Source: Eledone cirrhosa (Eukaryota). Taken from it: a DNA stretch of 64,000 nucleotides. Positions 1-15,000 of the stretch are shown piece after piece. A program made the position numbers and the translations under genes. The notes under the pieces are model-generated. The model worked only from the letters and a program-made list of their open reading frames with translations, searched no databases and was not told where the DNA came from. Position 1 is the first letter of the stretch; each line of letters begins with the position of its first letter. Where the stretch lies: positions 8,246,001 through 8,310,000 of the forward strand of contig OZ024749.1 of the NCBI GenBank assembly GCA_964016885.1, given 5' to 3'.

Positions 1-3000
1 CTTGACACTATACTAAAGATCTTCTGTTGGCACTACTGAGAGATACTTGACACTATACTAAAGATCTTCTGTTGGCACTACTGAGAGATACTTGACACTA
101 TACTAAAGATCTTCTGTTGGCACTACTGAGAGATACTTGACACTATACTAAAGAACTTCTGTTGGCCCTACTGAGAGATACTTGACACTATACTAAAGAT
201 CTTCTGTTGATACTACTGAGAGATACTTGCCACTATACAAAAGATCTTCTGTTGGCCCTACTGTGAGATACTTGACACTGTACTAAAGATCTTCTGTTGG
301 CACTACTGAGAGATACTTGACACTGTACTAAAGATCTTCTATTGACACTACTGAGAGATACTTGACACTATACTAAAGATCTTCTATTGACACTACTGAG
401 AGATACTTGACACTATACTAAAGATCTTCTATTGGCACTACTGAGACATAATTGACACTATACTAAATATCTTCTGTTGGCCCTACTGAGAGATACTTGA
501 CACTGTACTAAAGATCTTCTGTTGGCACTACTGAGAGATACTTGACACTGTACTAAAGATCTTCTATTGACACTAGTGAGAGATACTTGACACTATACTA
601 TAGATCTTCTGTTGACACTACTGAGAGATACTTGCCACTGTACTAAAGATCTTCTATTGACACTACTGAGAGATACTTGCCACTGTACTAAAGATCTTCT
701 GTTGGCACTACTGAGAGATACTTGACACTATACTAAAGATCTTCTGTTGGCACTACTGAGAGATACTTGACACTGTACTAAAGATCTTCTGTTGACACTA
801 GTGAGAGATACTTGACACTATACTAAAGATCTTCTGTTGGCACTACTGAGAGATACTTGACACTATACTAAAGATCTTCTATTGGCACTACTGAGAGATA
901 CTTGACACTATACTAAAGATCTTCTGTTGGCCCTACTGAGAGATACTTGACACTGTACAAAAGATCTTCTGTTGGCACTACTGAGAGATACTTGACACTG
1001 TACTAAAGATCTTCTATTGACACTACTGAGAGATACTTGACACTATGCTATAGATCTTCTGTTGACACTACTGAGAGATACTTGCCACTGTACTAAAGAT
1101 CTTCTGTTGACAATACTGAGAGATACTTGACACTGTACTAAATATCTTCTATTGGCTCTACTGAGACATACTTGACACTGTACTAAAGATCTTCTGTTGG
1201 CTCTACTGAGACATACTTGACACTGTACTAAAGATCTTCTATTGGCTCTACTGAGACATACTTGACACTGTACTAAAGATCTTCTGTTGGCACTACTGAG
1301 AGATACTTGACACTATACTAAAGATCTTCTGTTGACACTACTGAGAGATACTTGACACTGTACTAAAGATCTTCTATTGACACTACTGAGAGATACTTGA
1401 CACTATACTATAGATCTTCTGTTGACACTACTGAGAGATACTTGCCACTGTACTAAAGATCTTCTGTTGACACTACTGAGAGATACTTGACACTGTACTA
1501 AAGATCTTCTATTGACACTACTGAGAGATACTTGACACTATACTATAGATCTTCTATTGACACTACTGAGAGATACTTGCCACTGTACTAAAGATCTTCT
1601 ATTGACACTACTGAGAGATACTTGCCACTGTACTAAAGATCTTCTGTTGGCACTACTGAGAGATACTTGACACTATACTAAAGATCTTCTGTTGGCACTA
1701 CTGAGAGATACTTGACACTATACTAAAGATCTTCTGTTGGCACTACTGAGAGATACTTGACACTATACTAAAGATCTTCTGTTGGCACTACTGAGAGATA
1801 CTTGACACTATACTAAAGATCTTCTGTTGGCACTACTGAGAGATACTTGCCACTATACTAAAGATCTTCTGTTGGCACTACTGAGAGATACTTGACACTG
1901 TGCTAAAGAACTTCTATTGGCTCTACTGAGACATACTTGACACTGTACTAAAGATCTTCTATTGGCTCTACTGAGACATACTTGACACTGTACTAAAGAT
2001 CTTCTATTGGCTCTACTGAGACATACTTGACACTATACTAAAGATCTTCTGTTGGCACTACTGAGAGATACTTGACGCTGTACTAAAGATCTTCTGTTGG
2101 CACTCCTGAGAGATACTTGACACTGTACTAAATATCTTCTATTGGCTCTACTGAGACATACTTGACACTATACTAAAGATCTTCTGTTGGCACTACTGAG
2201 AGATACTTGATACTATACTAAAGATCTTCTGTTGGCACTACTGAGAGATACTTGACACTGTACTAAAGATCTTCTATTGTCACTACTGAGAGATACTTGA
2301 CACTGTACTAAAGATCTTCTATTGGCACTACTGAGACATACTTGACACTGTACTAAAGATCTTCTATTGGCTCTACTGAGAGATACTTGACACTATACTA
2401 AAGATCTTCTGTTGGCACTACTGAGAGATACTTGACGCTGTACTAAAGATCTTCTGTTGGCACTACTGAGAGATACTTGACACTGTACTAAATATCTTCT
2501 ATTGGCTCTACTGAGACATACTTGACACTGTACTAAAGATCTTCTGTTGGCTCTACTGAGACATACTTGACACTGTACTAAAGATCTTCTGTTGGCACTA
2601 CTGAGACATACTTGACACTGTACTAAAGATCTTCTGTTGGCACTACTGAGAGATACTTGACACTATACTAAAGATCTTCTGTTGACACTACTGAGAGATA
2701 CTTGACACTGTACTAAAGATCTTCTGTTGGCACTACTGAGACATACTTGACACTGTACTAAAGATCTTCTGTTGGCACTACTGAGAGATACTTGACACTA
2801 TACTAAAGATCTTCTGTTGACACTACTGAGAGATACTTGCCACTGTACTAAAGATCTTCTATTGGCTCTACTGAGACATACTTGACACTGTACTAAAGAT
2901 CTTCTGTTGGCACTACTGAGAGATACTTGACACTATACTAAAGATCTTCTGTTGACACTACTGAGAGATACTTGACACTGTACTAAAGATCTTCTATTGA

Positions 3001-6000
3001 CACTACTGAGAGATACTTGACACTATACTATAGATCTTCTGTTGACACTACTGAGAGATACTTGCCACTGTACTAAAGATCTTCTGTTGACACTACTGAG
3101 AGATACTTGACACTGTACTAAAGATCTTCTATTGACACTACTGAGAGATACTTGCCACTGTACTAAAGATCTTCTGTTGGCACTACTGAGAGATACTTGA
3201 CACTATACTAAAGATCTTCTGTTGGCACTACTGAGAGATACTTGACACTATACTAAAGATCTTCAGTTGGCACTACTGAGAGATACTTGCCATTATACTA
3301 AAGTACTTCTGTTGGCACTACTGAGGGATACTTGACACTATACTAAACATCTTCTGTTGGCACTACTGAGAGATACTTGAAGCTGTACTAAAGATCTTCT
3401 GTTGGCACTACTGAGAGATACTTGCCACTATACTAAAGATCTTCTATTGACACTACTGAGAGATACTTGACACTGTGCTAAAGAACTTCTATTGGCTCTA
3501 CTGAGACATACTTGACACTGTACTAAAGATCTTCTATTGACACTACTGAGAGATACTTGCCACTGTACTAAAGATCTTCTGTTGGCACTACTGAGAGATA
3601 CTTGACACTATACGAAAGATCTTCTGTTGGCACTACTGAGAGATACTTGATACTATACTAAAGATCTTCTGTTGGCACTACTGAGAGATACTTGACACTG
3701 TACTAAAGATCTTCTGTTGGCACTACTGAGAGATACTTGACACTGTACTAAAGATCTTCTATTGGCACTACTGAGAGATACTTGACACTGTACTAAAGAT
3801 CTTCTATTGGCTCTACTGAGACATACTTGACACTATACTAAAGATCTTCTGTTGGCTCTACTGAGACATACTTGACACTGTACTAAAGATCTTCTATTGG
3901 CACTACTGAGAGATACTTGACGCTGTACTAAAGATCTTCTGTTGGCACTACTGAGAGATACTTGACACTGTACTAAATATCTTCTATTGGCTCTACTGAG
4001 ACATACTTGACACTGTACTAAAGATCTTCTGTTGGTTCTACTGAGACATACTTGACACTGTACTAAATATCTTCTATTGGCTCTACTGAGACATACTTGA
4101 CACTGTACTAAAGATCTTCTATTGGCTCTACTGAGACATACTTGACACTGTACTAAAGATCTTCTGTTGGCACTACTGAGAGATACTTGACACTATACTA
4201 AAGATCTTCTGTTGACACTACTGAGAGATACTTGACACTGTACTAAAGATCTTCTATTGACACTACTGAGAGATACTTGACACTATACTATAGATCTTCT
4301 GTTGACACTACTGAGAGATACTTGCCACTGTACTAAAGATCTTCTATTGACACTACTGAGAGATACTTGACACTATACTATAGATCTTCTGTTGACACTA
4401 CTGAGAGATACTTGCCACTGTACTAAAGATCTTCTATTGACACTACTGAGAGATACTTGCCACTGTACTAAAGATCTTCTGTTGGCACTACTGAGAGATA
4501 CTTGACACTATACTAAAGATCTTCTGTTGGCCCTACTGTGAGATACTTGACACTGTACTAAAGATCTTCAGTTAGCACTACTGAGAGATACTTGCCACTG
4601 TACTAAGGATCTTCTGTTGGCACTACTGAGAGATACTTGACACTATACTAAAGATCTTCTGTTGGCACTACTGAGAGATACTTGACACTGTACTAAAGAT
4701 CTTCTATTGGCACTACTGAGACATACTTGACACTGTACAAAAGATCTTCTATTGGCTCTACTGAGAGATAATTGACACTGTGCTAAAGAACTTCTATTGG
4801 CTCTACTGAGAGATACTTGCCACTGTACTAAAGATCTTCTGTTGGCACTACTGAGACATACCTGACACTATACTAAAGATCTTCTGTTGGCACTACTGAG
4901 GGATACTTGACACTATACTAAAGATCTTCTGTTGGCACTACTGTGAGATACTTGACACTGTACTAAAGATCTTCTATTGGCACTACTGAGACATACTTGA
5001 CACTGTACAAAAGATCTTCTATTGGCTCTACTGAGAGATAATTGACACTGTGCTAAAGAACTTCTATTGGCTCTACTGAGAGATACTTGCCACTGTACTA
5101 AAGATCTTCTGTTGGCACTACTGAGACATACCTGACACTATACTAAAGATCTTCTGTTGGCACTACTGAGAGATAATTGACACTGTGCTAAAGAACTTCT
5201 ATTGGCTCTACTGAGAGATACTTGCCACTGTACTAAAGATCTTCTGTTGACACTACTGAGAGATACTTGACACTCTACTAAAGATCTTCTATTGACACTA
5301 CTGAGAGATACTTGACACTGTACTAAAGATCTTCTATTGACACTACTGAGAGATACTTGCCACTGTACTAAAGATCTTCTATTGACACTACTGAGACATA
5401 CTTGACACTGTACTAAAGATCTTCTGTTGGCACTACTGAGAGATACTTGACACTATACTAAAGATCTTCTGTTGGCACTACTGAGAGATACTTGACACTG
5501 TACTAAAGATCTTCTATTGACACTACTGAGACATACTTGACACTGTACTAAAGATCTTCTGTTGGCACTACTGAGAGATACTTGACACTATACTAAAGAT
5601 CTTCTGTTGGCACTACTGAGAGATACTTGACACTGTACTAAAGATCTTCTATTGACACTACTGAGACATACTTGACACTGTACTAAAGATCTTCTGTTGG
5701 CACTACTGAGAGATACTTGACACTATACTAAAGATCTTCAGTTGGCACTACTGAGAGATACTTGACACTATACTAAACATCTTCTGTTGGCACTACTGAG
5801 AGATACTTGAAGCTGTACTAAAGATCTTCTGTTGGCACTACTGAGAGATACTTGACACTGTGCTAAAGAACTTCTATTGGCTCTACTGAGACATACTTGA
5901 CACTATACTAAAGATCTTCTATTGGCTCTACTGAGACATACTTGACACTATACGAAAGATCTTCTGTTGACACTACTGAGAGATACTTGATACTATACTA

Positions 6001-9000
6001 AAGATCTTCTGTTGGCACTACTGAGAGATACTTGACACTGTACTAAAGATCTTCTATTGGCACTACTGAGAGATACTTGACACTGTACTAAAGATCTTCT
6101 ATTGGCACTACTGAGAGATACTTGACACTGTACTAAAGATCTTCTGTTGGCTCTACTGAGACATACTTGACACTGTACTAAAGATCTTCTGTTGGCTCTA
6201 CTGAGACATACTTGACACTGTACTAAAGATCTTCTATTGGCTCTACTGAGACATACTTGACACTGTACTAAAGATCTTCTGTTGGCACTACTGAGAGATA
6301 CTTGACACTGTACTAAAGATCTTCTGTTGGCTCTACTGAGACATACTTGACACTGTACTAAAGATCTTCTATTGGCTCTACTGAGACATACTTGACACTG
6401 TACTAAAGATCTTCTGTTGGCACTACTGAGAGATACTTGACACTATACTAAAGATCTTCTGTTGACACTACTGAGAGATACTTGACACTGTACTAAAGAT
6501 CTTCTATTGACACTACTGAGAGATACTTGACACTATACTATAGATCTTCTGTTGACACTACTGAGAGATACTTGCCACTGTACTAAAGATCTTCTATTGA
6601 CACTACTGAGAGATACTTGACACTATACTATAGATCTTCTGTTGACACTACTGAGAGATACTTGCCACTGTACTAAAGATCTTCTATTGACACTACTGAG
6701 AGATACTTGCCACTGTACTAAAGATCTTCTGTTGGCACTACTGAGAGATACTTGACACTATACTAAAGATCTTCTGTTGGCCCTACTGTGAGATACTTGA
6801 CACTGTACTAAAGATCTTCAGTTAGCACTACTGAGAGATACTTGACACTATACTAAAGATCTTCTGTTGGCACTACTGAGAGATACTTGACACTATACTA
6901 AAGATCTTCTGTTGGCACTACTGAGAGATACTTGACACTATACTAAAGATCTTCTGTTGGCCCTACTGTGAGATACTTGACACTGTACTAAAGATCTTCA
7001 GTTAGCACTACTGAGAGATACTTGACACTATACTAAAGATCTTCTGTTGGCACTACTGAGAGATACTTGACACTATACTAAAGATCTTCTGTTGGCCCTA
7101 CTGTGAGATACTTGACACTGTACTAAAGATCTTCTGTTGGCACTACTGAGAGATACTTGCCATTATACTAAAGATCTTCTGTTGGCACTACTGAGAGATA
7201 ATTGACACTGTGCTAAAGAACTTCTATTGGCTCTACTGAGAGATACTTGACACTGTACTAAAGATCTTCTGTTGGCACTACTGAGAGATACTTGACACTG
7301 TACTAAAGATCTTCTGTTGGCACTACTGAGAGATACATGACACTGTACTAAAGATCTTCTGTTGGCACTACTGAGAGATAATTGACACTGTGCTAAAGAA
7401 CTTCTATTGGCTCTACTGAGAGATACTTGACACTGTACTAAAGATCTTCTGTTGGCACTACTGAGAGATACTTGACACTGTACTAAAGATCTTCTGTTGG
7501 CACTACTGAGAGATACTTGACACTGTACTAAAGATCTTCTGTTGGCACTACTGAGAGATACTTGACACTGTACTAAAGATCTTCTGTTGGCACTACTGAG
7601 AGATACTTGACACTGTACTAAAGATCTTCTGTTGGCACTACTGAGAGATACTTGACACTGTACTAAAGATCTTCTGTTGGCACTACTGAGAGATACTTGA
7701 CACTGTACTAAAGATCTTCTGTTGGCACTACTGAGAGATACTTGACACTGTACTAAAGATCTTCTGTTGGCACTACTGAGAGATACTTGACACTGTACTA
7801 AAGATCTTCTGTTGGCACTACTGAGAGATACTTGACACTGTACTAAAGATCTTCTTTTGGCACTACTGAGAGATAATTGACACTGTGCTAAAGAACTTCT
7901 ATTGGCTCTACTGAGAGATACTTGACACTGTACTAAAGATCTTCTGTTGGCACTACTGAGAGATACTTGACACTGTACTAAAGATCTTCTGTTGGCACTA
8001 CTGAGAGATAATTGACACTGTACTAAAGATCTTCTATTGGCACTACTGAGACATACTTGACACTGTACTAAAGATCTTCTATTGGCTCTACTGAGACATA
8101 CTTGACACTATACTAAAGATCTTCTGTTGGCACTACTGAGAGATACTTGACACTGTACTAAAGATCTTCTGTTGACACTACTGAGAGATACTTGACACTA
8201 TACTAAAGATCTTCTGTTGGCACTAGTGAGAGATACTTGACGCTGTACTAAAGATCTTCTGTTGGCACTACTGAGAGATACTTGACACTGTACTAAATAT
8301 CTTCTATTGGCTCTACTGAGACATACTTGACACTGTACTAAAGATCTTCTGTTGGCTCTACTGAGACATACTTGACACTGTACTAAAGATCTTCTATTGG
8401 CTCTACTGAGACATACTTGACACTGTACTAAAGATCTTCTGTTGGCACTACTGAGAGATACTTGACACTATACTAAAGATCTTCTGTTGACACTACTGAT
8501 TGATACTTGACACTATACTAAAGATCTTCTGTTGGCACTACTGAGAGATACTTGACACTATACTAAAGATCTTCTGTTGGCCCTACTGAGAGATACTTGA
8601 CACTGTACTAAAGATCTTCTGTTGGCACTACTGAGAGATACTTGACACTGTACTAAAGATCTTCTATTGACACTACTGAGAGATATTTGACACTATACTA
8701 TAGATCTTCTGTTGACACTACTGAGAGATACTTGCCACTGTACTAAAGATCTTCTGTTGACACTACTGAGAGATACTTGACACTGTACTAAAGATCTTCT
8801 ATTGACACTACTGAGAGATACTTGACACTATACTATAGATCTTCTGTTGACACTACTGAGAGATACTTGCCACTGTACTAAAGATCTTCTATTGACACTA
8901 CTGAGAGATACTTGCCACTGTACTAAAGATCTTCTGTTGGCACTACTGAGAGATACTTGACACTATACTAAAGATCTTCTGTTGGCACTACTGAGAGATA

Positions 9001-12000
9001 CTTGACACTATACTAAAGAACTTCTGTTGGCCCTACTGAGAGATACTTGACACTATACTAAAGATCTTCTGTTGATACTACTGAGAGATACTTGCCACTA
9101 TACAAAAGATCTTCTGTTGGCCCTACTGTGAGATACTTGACACTGTACTAAAGATCTTCTGTTGACACTACTGAGAGATACTTGACACTGTACTAAAGAT
9201 CTTCTATTGACACTACTGAGAGATACTTGACACTATACTAAAGATCTTCTATTGACACTACTGAGAGATACTTGACACTATACTAAAGATCTTCTATTGG
9301 CACTACTGAGACATAATTGACACTATACTAAAGATCTTCTGTTGGCCCTACTGAGAGATACTTGACACTGTACTAAAGATCTTCTGTTGGCACTACTGAG
9401 AGATACTTGACACTGTACTAAAGATCTTCTATTGACACTACTGAGAGATACTTGACACTATACTATAGATCTTCTGTTGACACTACTGAGAGATACTTGC
9501 CACTGTACTAAAGATCTTCTGTTGACACTACTGAGAGATACTTGACACTGTACTAAAGATCTTCTATTGACACTACTGAGAGATACTTGACACTATACTA
9601 TAGATCTTCTGTTGACACTACTGAGAGATACTTGCCACTGTACTAAAGATCTTCTATTGACACTACTGAGAGATACTTGCCACTGTACTAAAGATCTTCT
9701 GTTGACACTACTGAGAGATACTTGACACTATACTAAAGATCTTCTGTTGGCACTACTGAGAGATACTTGACACTATACTAAAGATCTTCTGTTGACACTA
9801 CTGATTGATACTTGACACTATACTAAAGATCTTCTGTTGGCACTACTGAGAGATACTTGACACTATACTAAAGATCTTCTGTTGGCCCTACTGAGAGATA
9901 CTTGACACTGTACTAAAGATCTTCTGTTGGCACTACTGAGAGATACTTGACACTGTACTAAAGATCTTCTATTGACACTACTGAGAGATATTTGACACTA
10001 TACTATAGATCTTCTGTTGACACTACTGAGAGATACTTGCCACTGTACTAAAGATCTTCTGTTGACACTACTGAGAGATACTTGACACTGTACTAAAGAT
10101 CTTCTATTGACACTACTGAGAGATACTTGACACTATACTATAGATCTTCTGTTGACACTACTGAGAGATACTTGCCACTGTACTAAAGATCTTCTATTGA
10201 CACTACTGAGAGATACTTGCCACTGTACTAAAGATCTTCTGTTGGCACTACTGAGAGATACTTGACACTATACTAAAGATCTTCTGTTGGCACTACTGAG
10301 AGATACTTGACACTATACTAAAGAACTTCTGTTGGCCCTACTGAGAGATACTTGACACTATACTAAAGATCTTCTGTTGATACTACTGAGAGATACTTGC
10401 CACTATACAAAAGATCTTCTGTTGGCCCTACTGTGAGATACTTGACACTGTACTAAAGATCTTCTGTTGACACTACTGAGAGATACTTGACACTGTACTA
10501 AAGATCTTCTATTGACACTACTGAGAGATACTTGACACTATACTAAAGATCTTCTATTGACACTACTGAGAGATACTTGACACTATACTAAAGATCTTCT
10601 ATTGGCACTACTGAGACATAATTGACACTATACTAAAGATCTTCTGTTGGCCCTACTGAGAGATACTTGACACTGTACTAAAGATCTTCTGTTGGCACTA
10701 CTGAGAGATACTTGACACTGTACTAAAGATCTTCTATTGACACTACTGAGAGATACTTGACACTATACTATAGATCTTCTGTTGACACTACTGAGAGATA
10801 CTTGCCACTGTACTAAAGATCTTCTGTTGACACTACTGAGAGATACTTGACACTGTACTAAAGATCTTCTATTGACACTACTGAGAGATACTTGACACTA
10901 TACTATAGATCTTCTGTTGACACTACTGAGAGATACTTGCCACTGTACTAAAGATCTTCTATTGACACTACTGAGAGATACTTGCCACTGTACTAAAGAT
11001 CTTCTGTTGACACTACTGAGAGATACTTGACACTATACTAAAGATCTTCTGTTGGCACTACTGAGAGATACTTGACACTGTACTAAAGATCTTCTGTTGA
11101 CACTAGTGAGAGATACTTGACACTATACTAAAGATCTTCTGTTGGCACTACTGAGAGATACTTGACACTATACTAAAGATCTTCTATTGGCACTACTGAG
11201 AGATACTTGACACTATACTAAAGATCTTCTGTTGGCCCTACTGAGAGATACTTGACACTGTACTAAAGATCTTCTGTTGGCACTACTGAGAGATACTTGA
11301 CACTGTACTAAAGATCTTCTATTGACACTACTGAGAGATACTTGACACTATACTATAGATCTTCTGTTGACACTACTGAGAGATACTTGACACTGTACTA
11401 AATATCTTCTATTGGCTCTACTGAGACATACTTGACACTGTACTAAAGATCTTCTGTTGGCTCTACTGAGACATACTTGACACTGTACTAAAGATCTTCT
11501 ATTGGCTCTACTGAGACATACTTGACACTGTACTAAAGATCTTCTGTTGGCACTACTGAGAGATACTTGACACTATACTAAAGATCTTCTGTTGACACTA
11601 CTGAGAGATACTTGACACTGTACTAAAGATCTTCTATTGACACTACTGAGAGATACTTGACACTATACTATAGATCTTCTGTTCACACTACTGAGAGATA
11701 CTTGCCACTGTACTAAAGATCTTCTGTTGACACTACTGAGAGATACTTGACACTGTACTAAAGATCTTCTATTGACACTACTGAGAGATACTTGACACTA
11801 TACTATAGATCTTCTGTTGACACTACTGAGAGATACTTGCCACTGTACTAAAGATCTTCTATTGACACTACTGAGAGATACTTGCCACTGTACTAAAGAT
11901 CTTCTGTTGGCACTACTGAGAGATACTTGACACTATACTAAAGATCTTCTGTTGACACTACTGAGAGATACTTGACACTATACTAAAGATCTTCTGTTGG

Positions 12001-15000
12001 CCCTACTGTGAGATACTTGACACTGTACTAAAGATCTTCAGTTGGCACTACTGAGAGATACTTGCCATTATACTATAGATCTTCTGTTGACACTACTGAG
12101 AGATACTTGCCACTGTACTAAAGATCTTCTATTGACACTACTGAGAGATACTTGCCACTGTACTAAAGATCTTCTGTTGGCACTACTGAGAGATACTTGA
12201 CACTATACTAAAGATCTTCTGTTGGCACTACTGAGAGATACTTGACACTGTACTAAAGATCTTCTGTTGACACTAGTGAGAGATACTTGACACTATACTA
12301 AAGATCTTCTGTTGGCACTACTGAGAGATACTTGACACTATACTAAAGATCTTCTATTGGCACTACTGAGAGATACTTGACACTATACTAAAGATCTTCT
12401 ATTGACACTACTGAGAGATACTTGACACTATACTAAAGATCTTCTATTGGCACTACTGAGACATAATTGACACTATACTAAAGATCTTCTGTTGGCCCTA
12501 CTGAGAGATACTTGACACTGTACTAAAGATCTTCTGTTGGCACTACTGAGAGATACTTGACACTGTACTAAAGATCTTCTATTGACACTACTGAGAGATA
12601 CTTGACACTATACTATAGATCTTCTGTTGACACTACTGAGAGATACTTGCCACTGTACTAAAGATCTTCTGTTGACACTACTGAGAGATACTTGTCACTG
12701 TACTAAAGATCTTCTATTGACACTACTGAGAGATACTTGACACTATACTATAGATCTTCTGTTGACACTACTGAGAGATACTTGCCACTGTACTAAAGAT
12801 CTTCTATTGACACTACTGAGAGATACTTGCCACTGTACTAAAGATCTTCTGTTGGCACTACTGAGAGATACTTGACACTATACTAAAGATCTTCTGTTGG
12901 CACTACTGAGAGATACTTGACACTGTACTAAAGATCTTCTGTTGACACTAGTGAGAGATACTTGACACTATACTAAAGATCTTCTGTTGGCACTACTGAG
13001 AGATACTTGACACTATACTAAAGATCTTCTATTGGCACTACTGAGAGATACTTGACACTATACTAAAGATCTTCTGTTGGCCCTACTGAGAGATACTTGA
13101 CACTGTACTAAAGATCTTCTGTTGGCACTACTGAGAGATACTTGACACTGTACTAAAGATCTTCTATTGACACTACTGAGAGATACTTGACACTATACTA
13201 TAGATCTTCTGTTGACACTACTGAGAGATACTTGCCACTGTACTAAAGATCTTCTGTTGACACTACTGAGAGATACTTGACACTGTACTAAATATCTTCT
13301 ATTGGCTCTACTGAGACATACTTGACACTGTACTAAAGATCTTCTGTTGGCTCTACTGAGAGATACTTGACACTGTACTAAAGATCTTCTATTGACACTA
13401 CTGAGAGATACTTGACACTATACTATAGATCTTCTGTTCACACTACTGAGAGATACTTGCCACTGTACTAAAGATCTTCTGTTGACACTACTGAGAGATA
13501 CTTGACACTGTACTAAAGAACTTCTATTGACACTACTGAGAGATACTTGACACTATACTATAGATCTTCTGTTGACACTACTGAGAGATACTTGCCACTG
13601 TACTAAAGATCTTCTATTGACACTACTGAGAGATACTTGACACTATACTATAGATCTTCTGTTCACACTACTGAGAGATACTTGCCACTGTACTAAAGAT
13701 CTTCTGTTGACACTACTGAGAGATACTTGACACTGTACTAAAGAACTTCTATTGACACTACTGAGAGATACTTGACACTATACTATAGATCTTCTGTTGG
13801 CTCTACTGAGAGATACTTGACACTGTACTAAAGATCTTCTATTGACACTACTGAGAGATACTTGACACTATACTATAGATCTTCTGTTCACACTACTGAG
13901 AGATACTTGACACTGTACTAAAGATCTTCTATTGACACTACTGAGAGATACTTGACACTATACTATAGATCTTCTGTTCACACTACTGAGAGATACTTGC
14001 CACTGTACTAAAGATCTTCTGTTGACACTACTGAGAGATACTTGACACTGTACTAAAGAACTTCTATTGACACTACTGAGAGATACTTGCCACTGTACTA
14101 AAGATCTTCTGTTGACACTACTGAGAGATACTTGACACTGTACTAAACATCTTCTATTGGCTCTACTGAGACATACTTGACACTGTACTAAAGATCTTCT
14201 GTTGTCACTACTGAGAGATACTTGACACTGTACTAAAGATCTTCTATTGACACTACTGAGAGATACTTGACACTATACTATAGATCTTCTGTTCACACTA
14301 CTGAGAGATACTTGCCACTGTACTAAAGATCTTCTGTTGACACTACTGAGAGATACTTGACACTGTACTAAAGAACTTCTATTGACACTACTGAGAGATA
14401 CTTGACACTATACTATAGATCTTCTGTTGACACTACTGAGAGATACTTGCCACTGTACTAAAGATCTTCTATTGACACTACTGAGAGATACTTGCCACTG
14501 TACTAAAGATCTTCTGTTGGCACTACTGAGAGATACTTGACACTATACTAAAGATCTTCTGTTGACACTACTGAGAGATACTTGACACTATACTAAAGAT
14601 CTTCTGTTGGCCCTACTGTGAGATACTTGACACTATACTATAGATCTTCTGTTGGCACTACTGAGAGATACTTGACACTGTACTAAAGATCTTCAGTTGG
14701 CACTACTGAGAGATACTTGACACTGTACTAAAGATCTTCTATTGGCACTACTGAGAGATACTTGACACTGTACTATAGATCTTCTGTTGGCACTACTGAG
14801 AGATACTTGCCACTGTACTAAGGATCTTCTGTTGGCACTACTGAGAGATACTTGACACTGTACTAAAGATCTTCTATTGACACTACTGAGAGATACTTGC
14901 CACTGTACTAAGGATCTTCTGTTGGCACTACTGAGAGATACTTGACACTGTACTAAAGATCTTCTATTGACACTACTGAGAGATACTTGCCACTGTACTA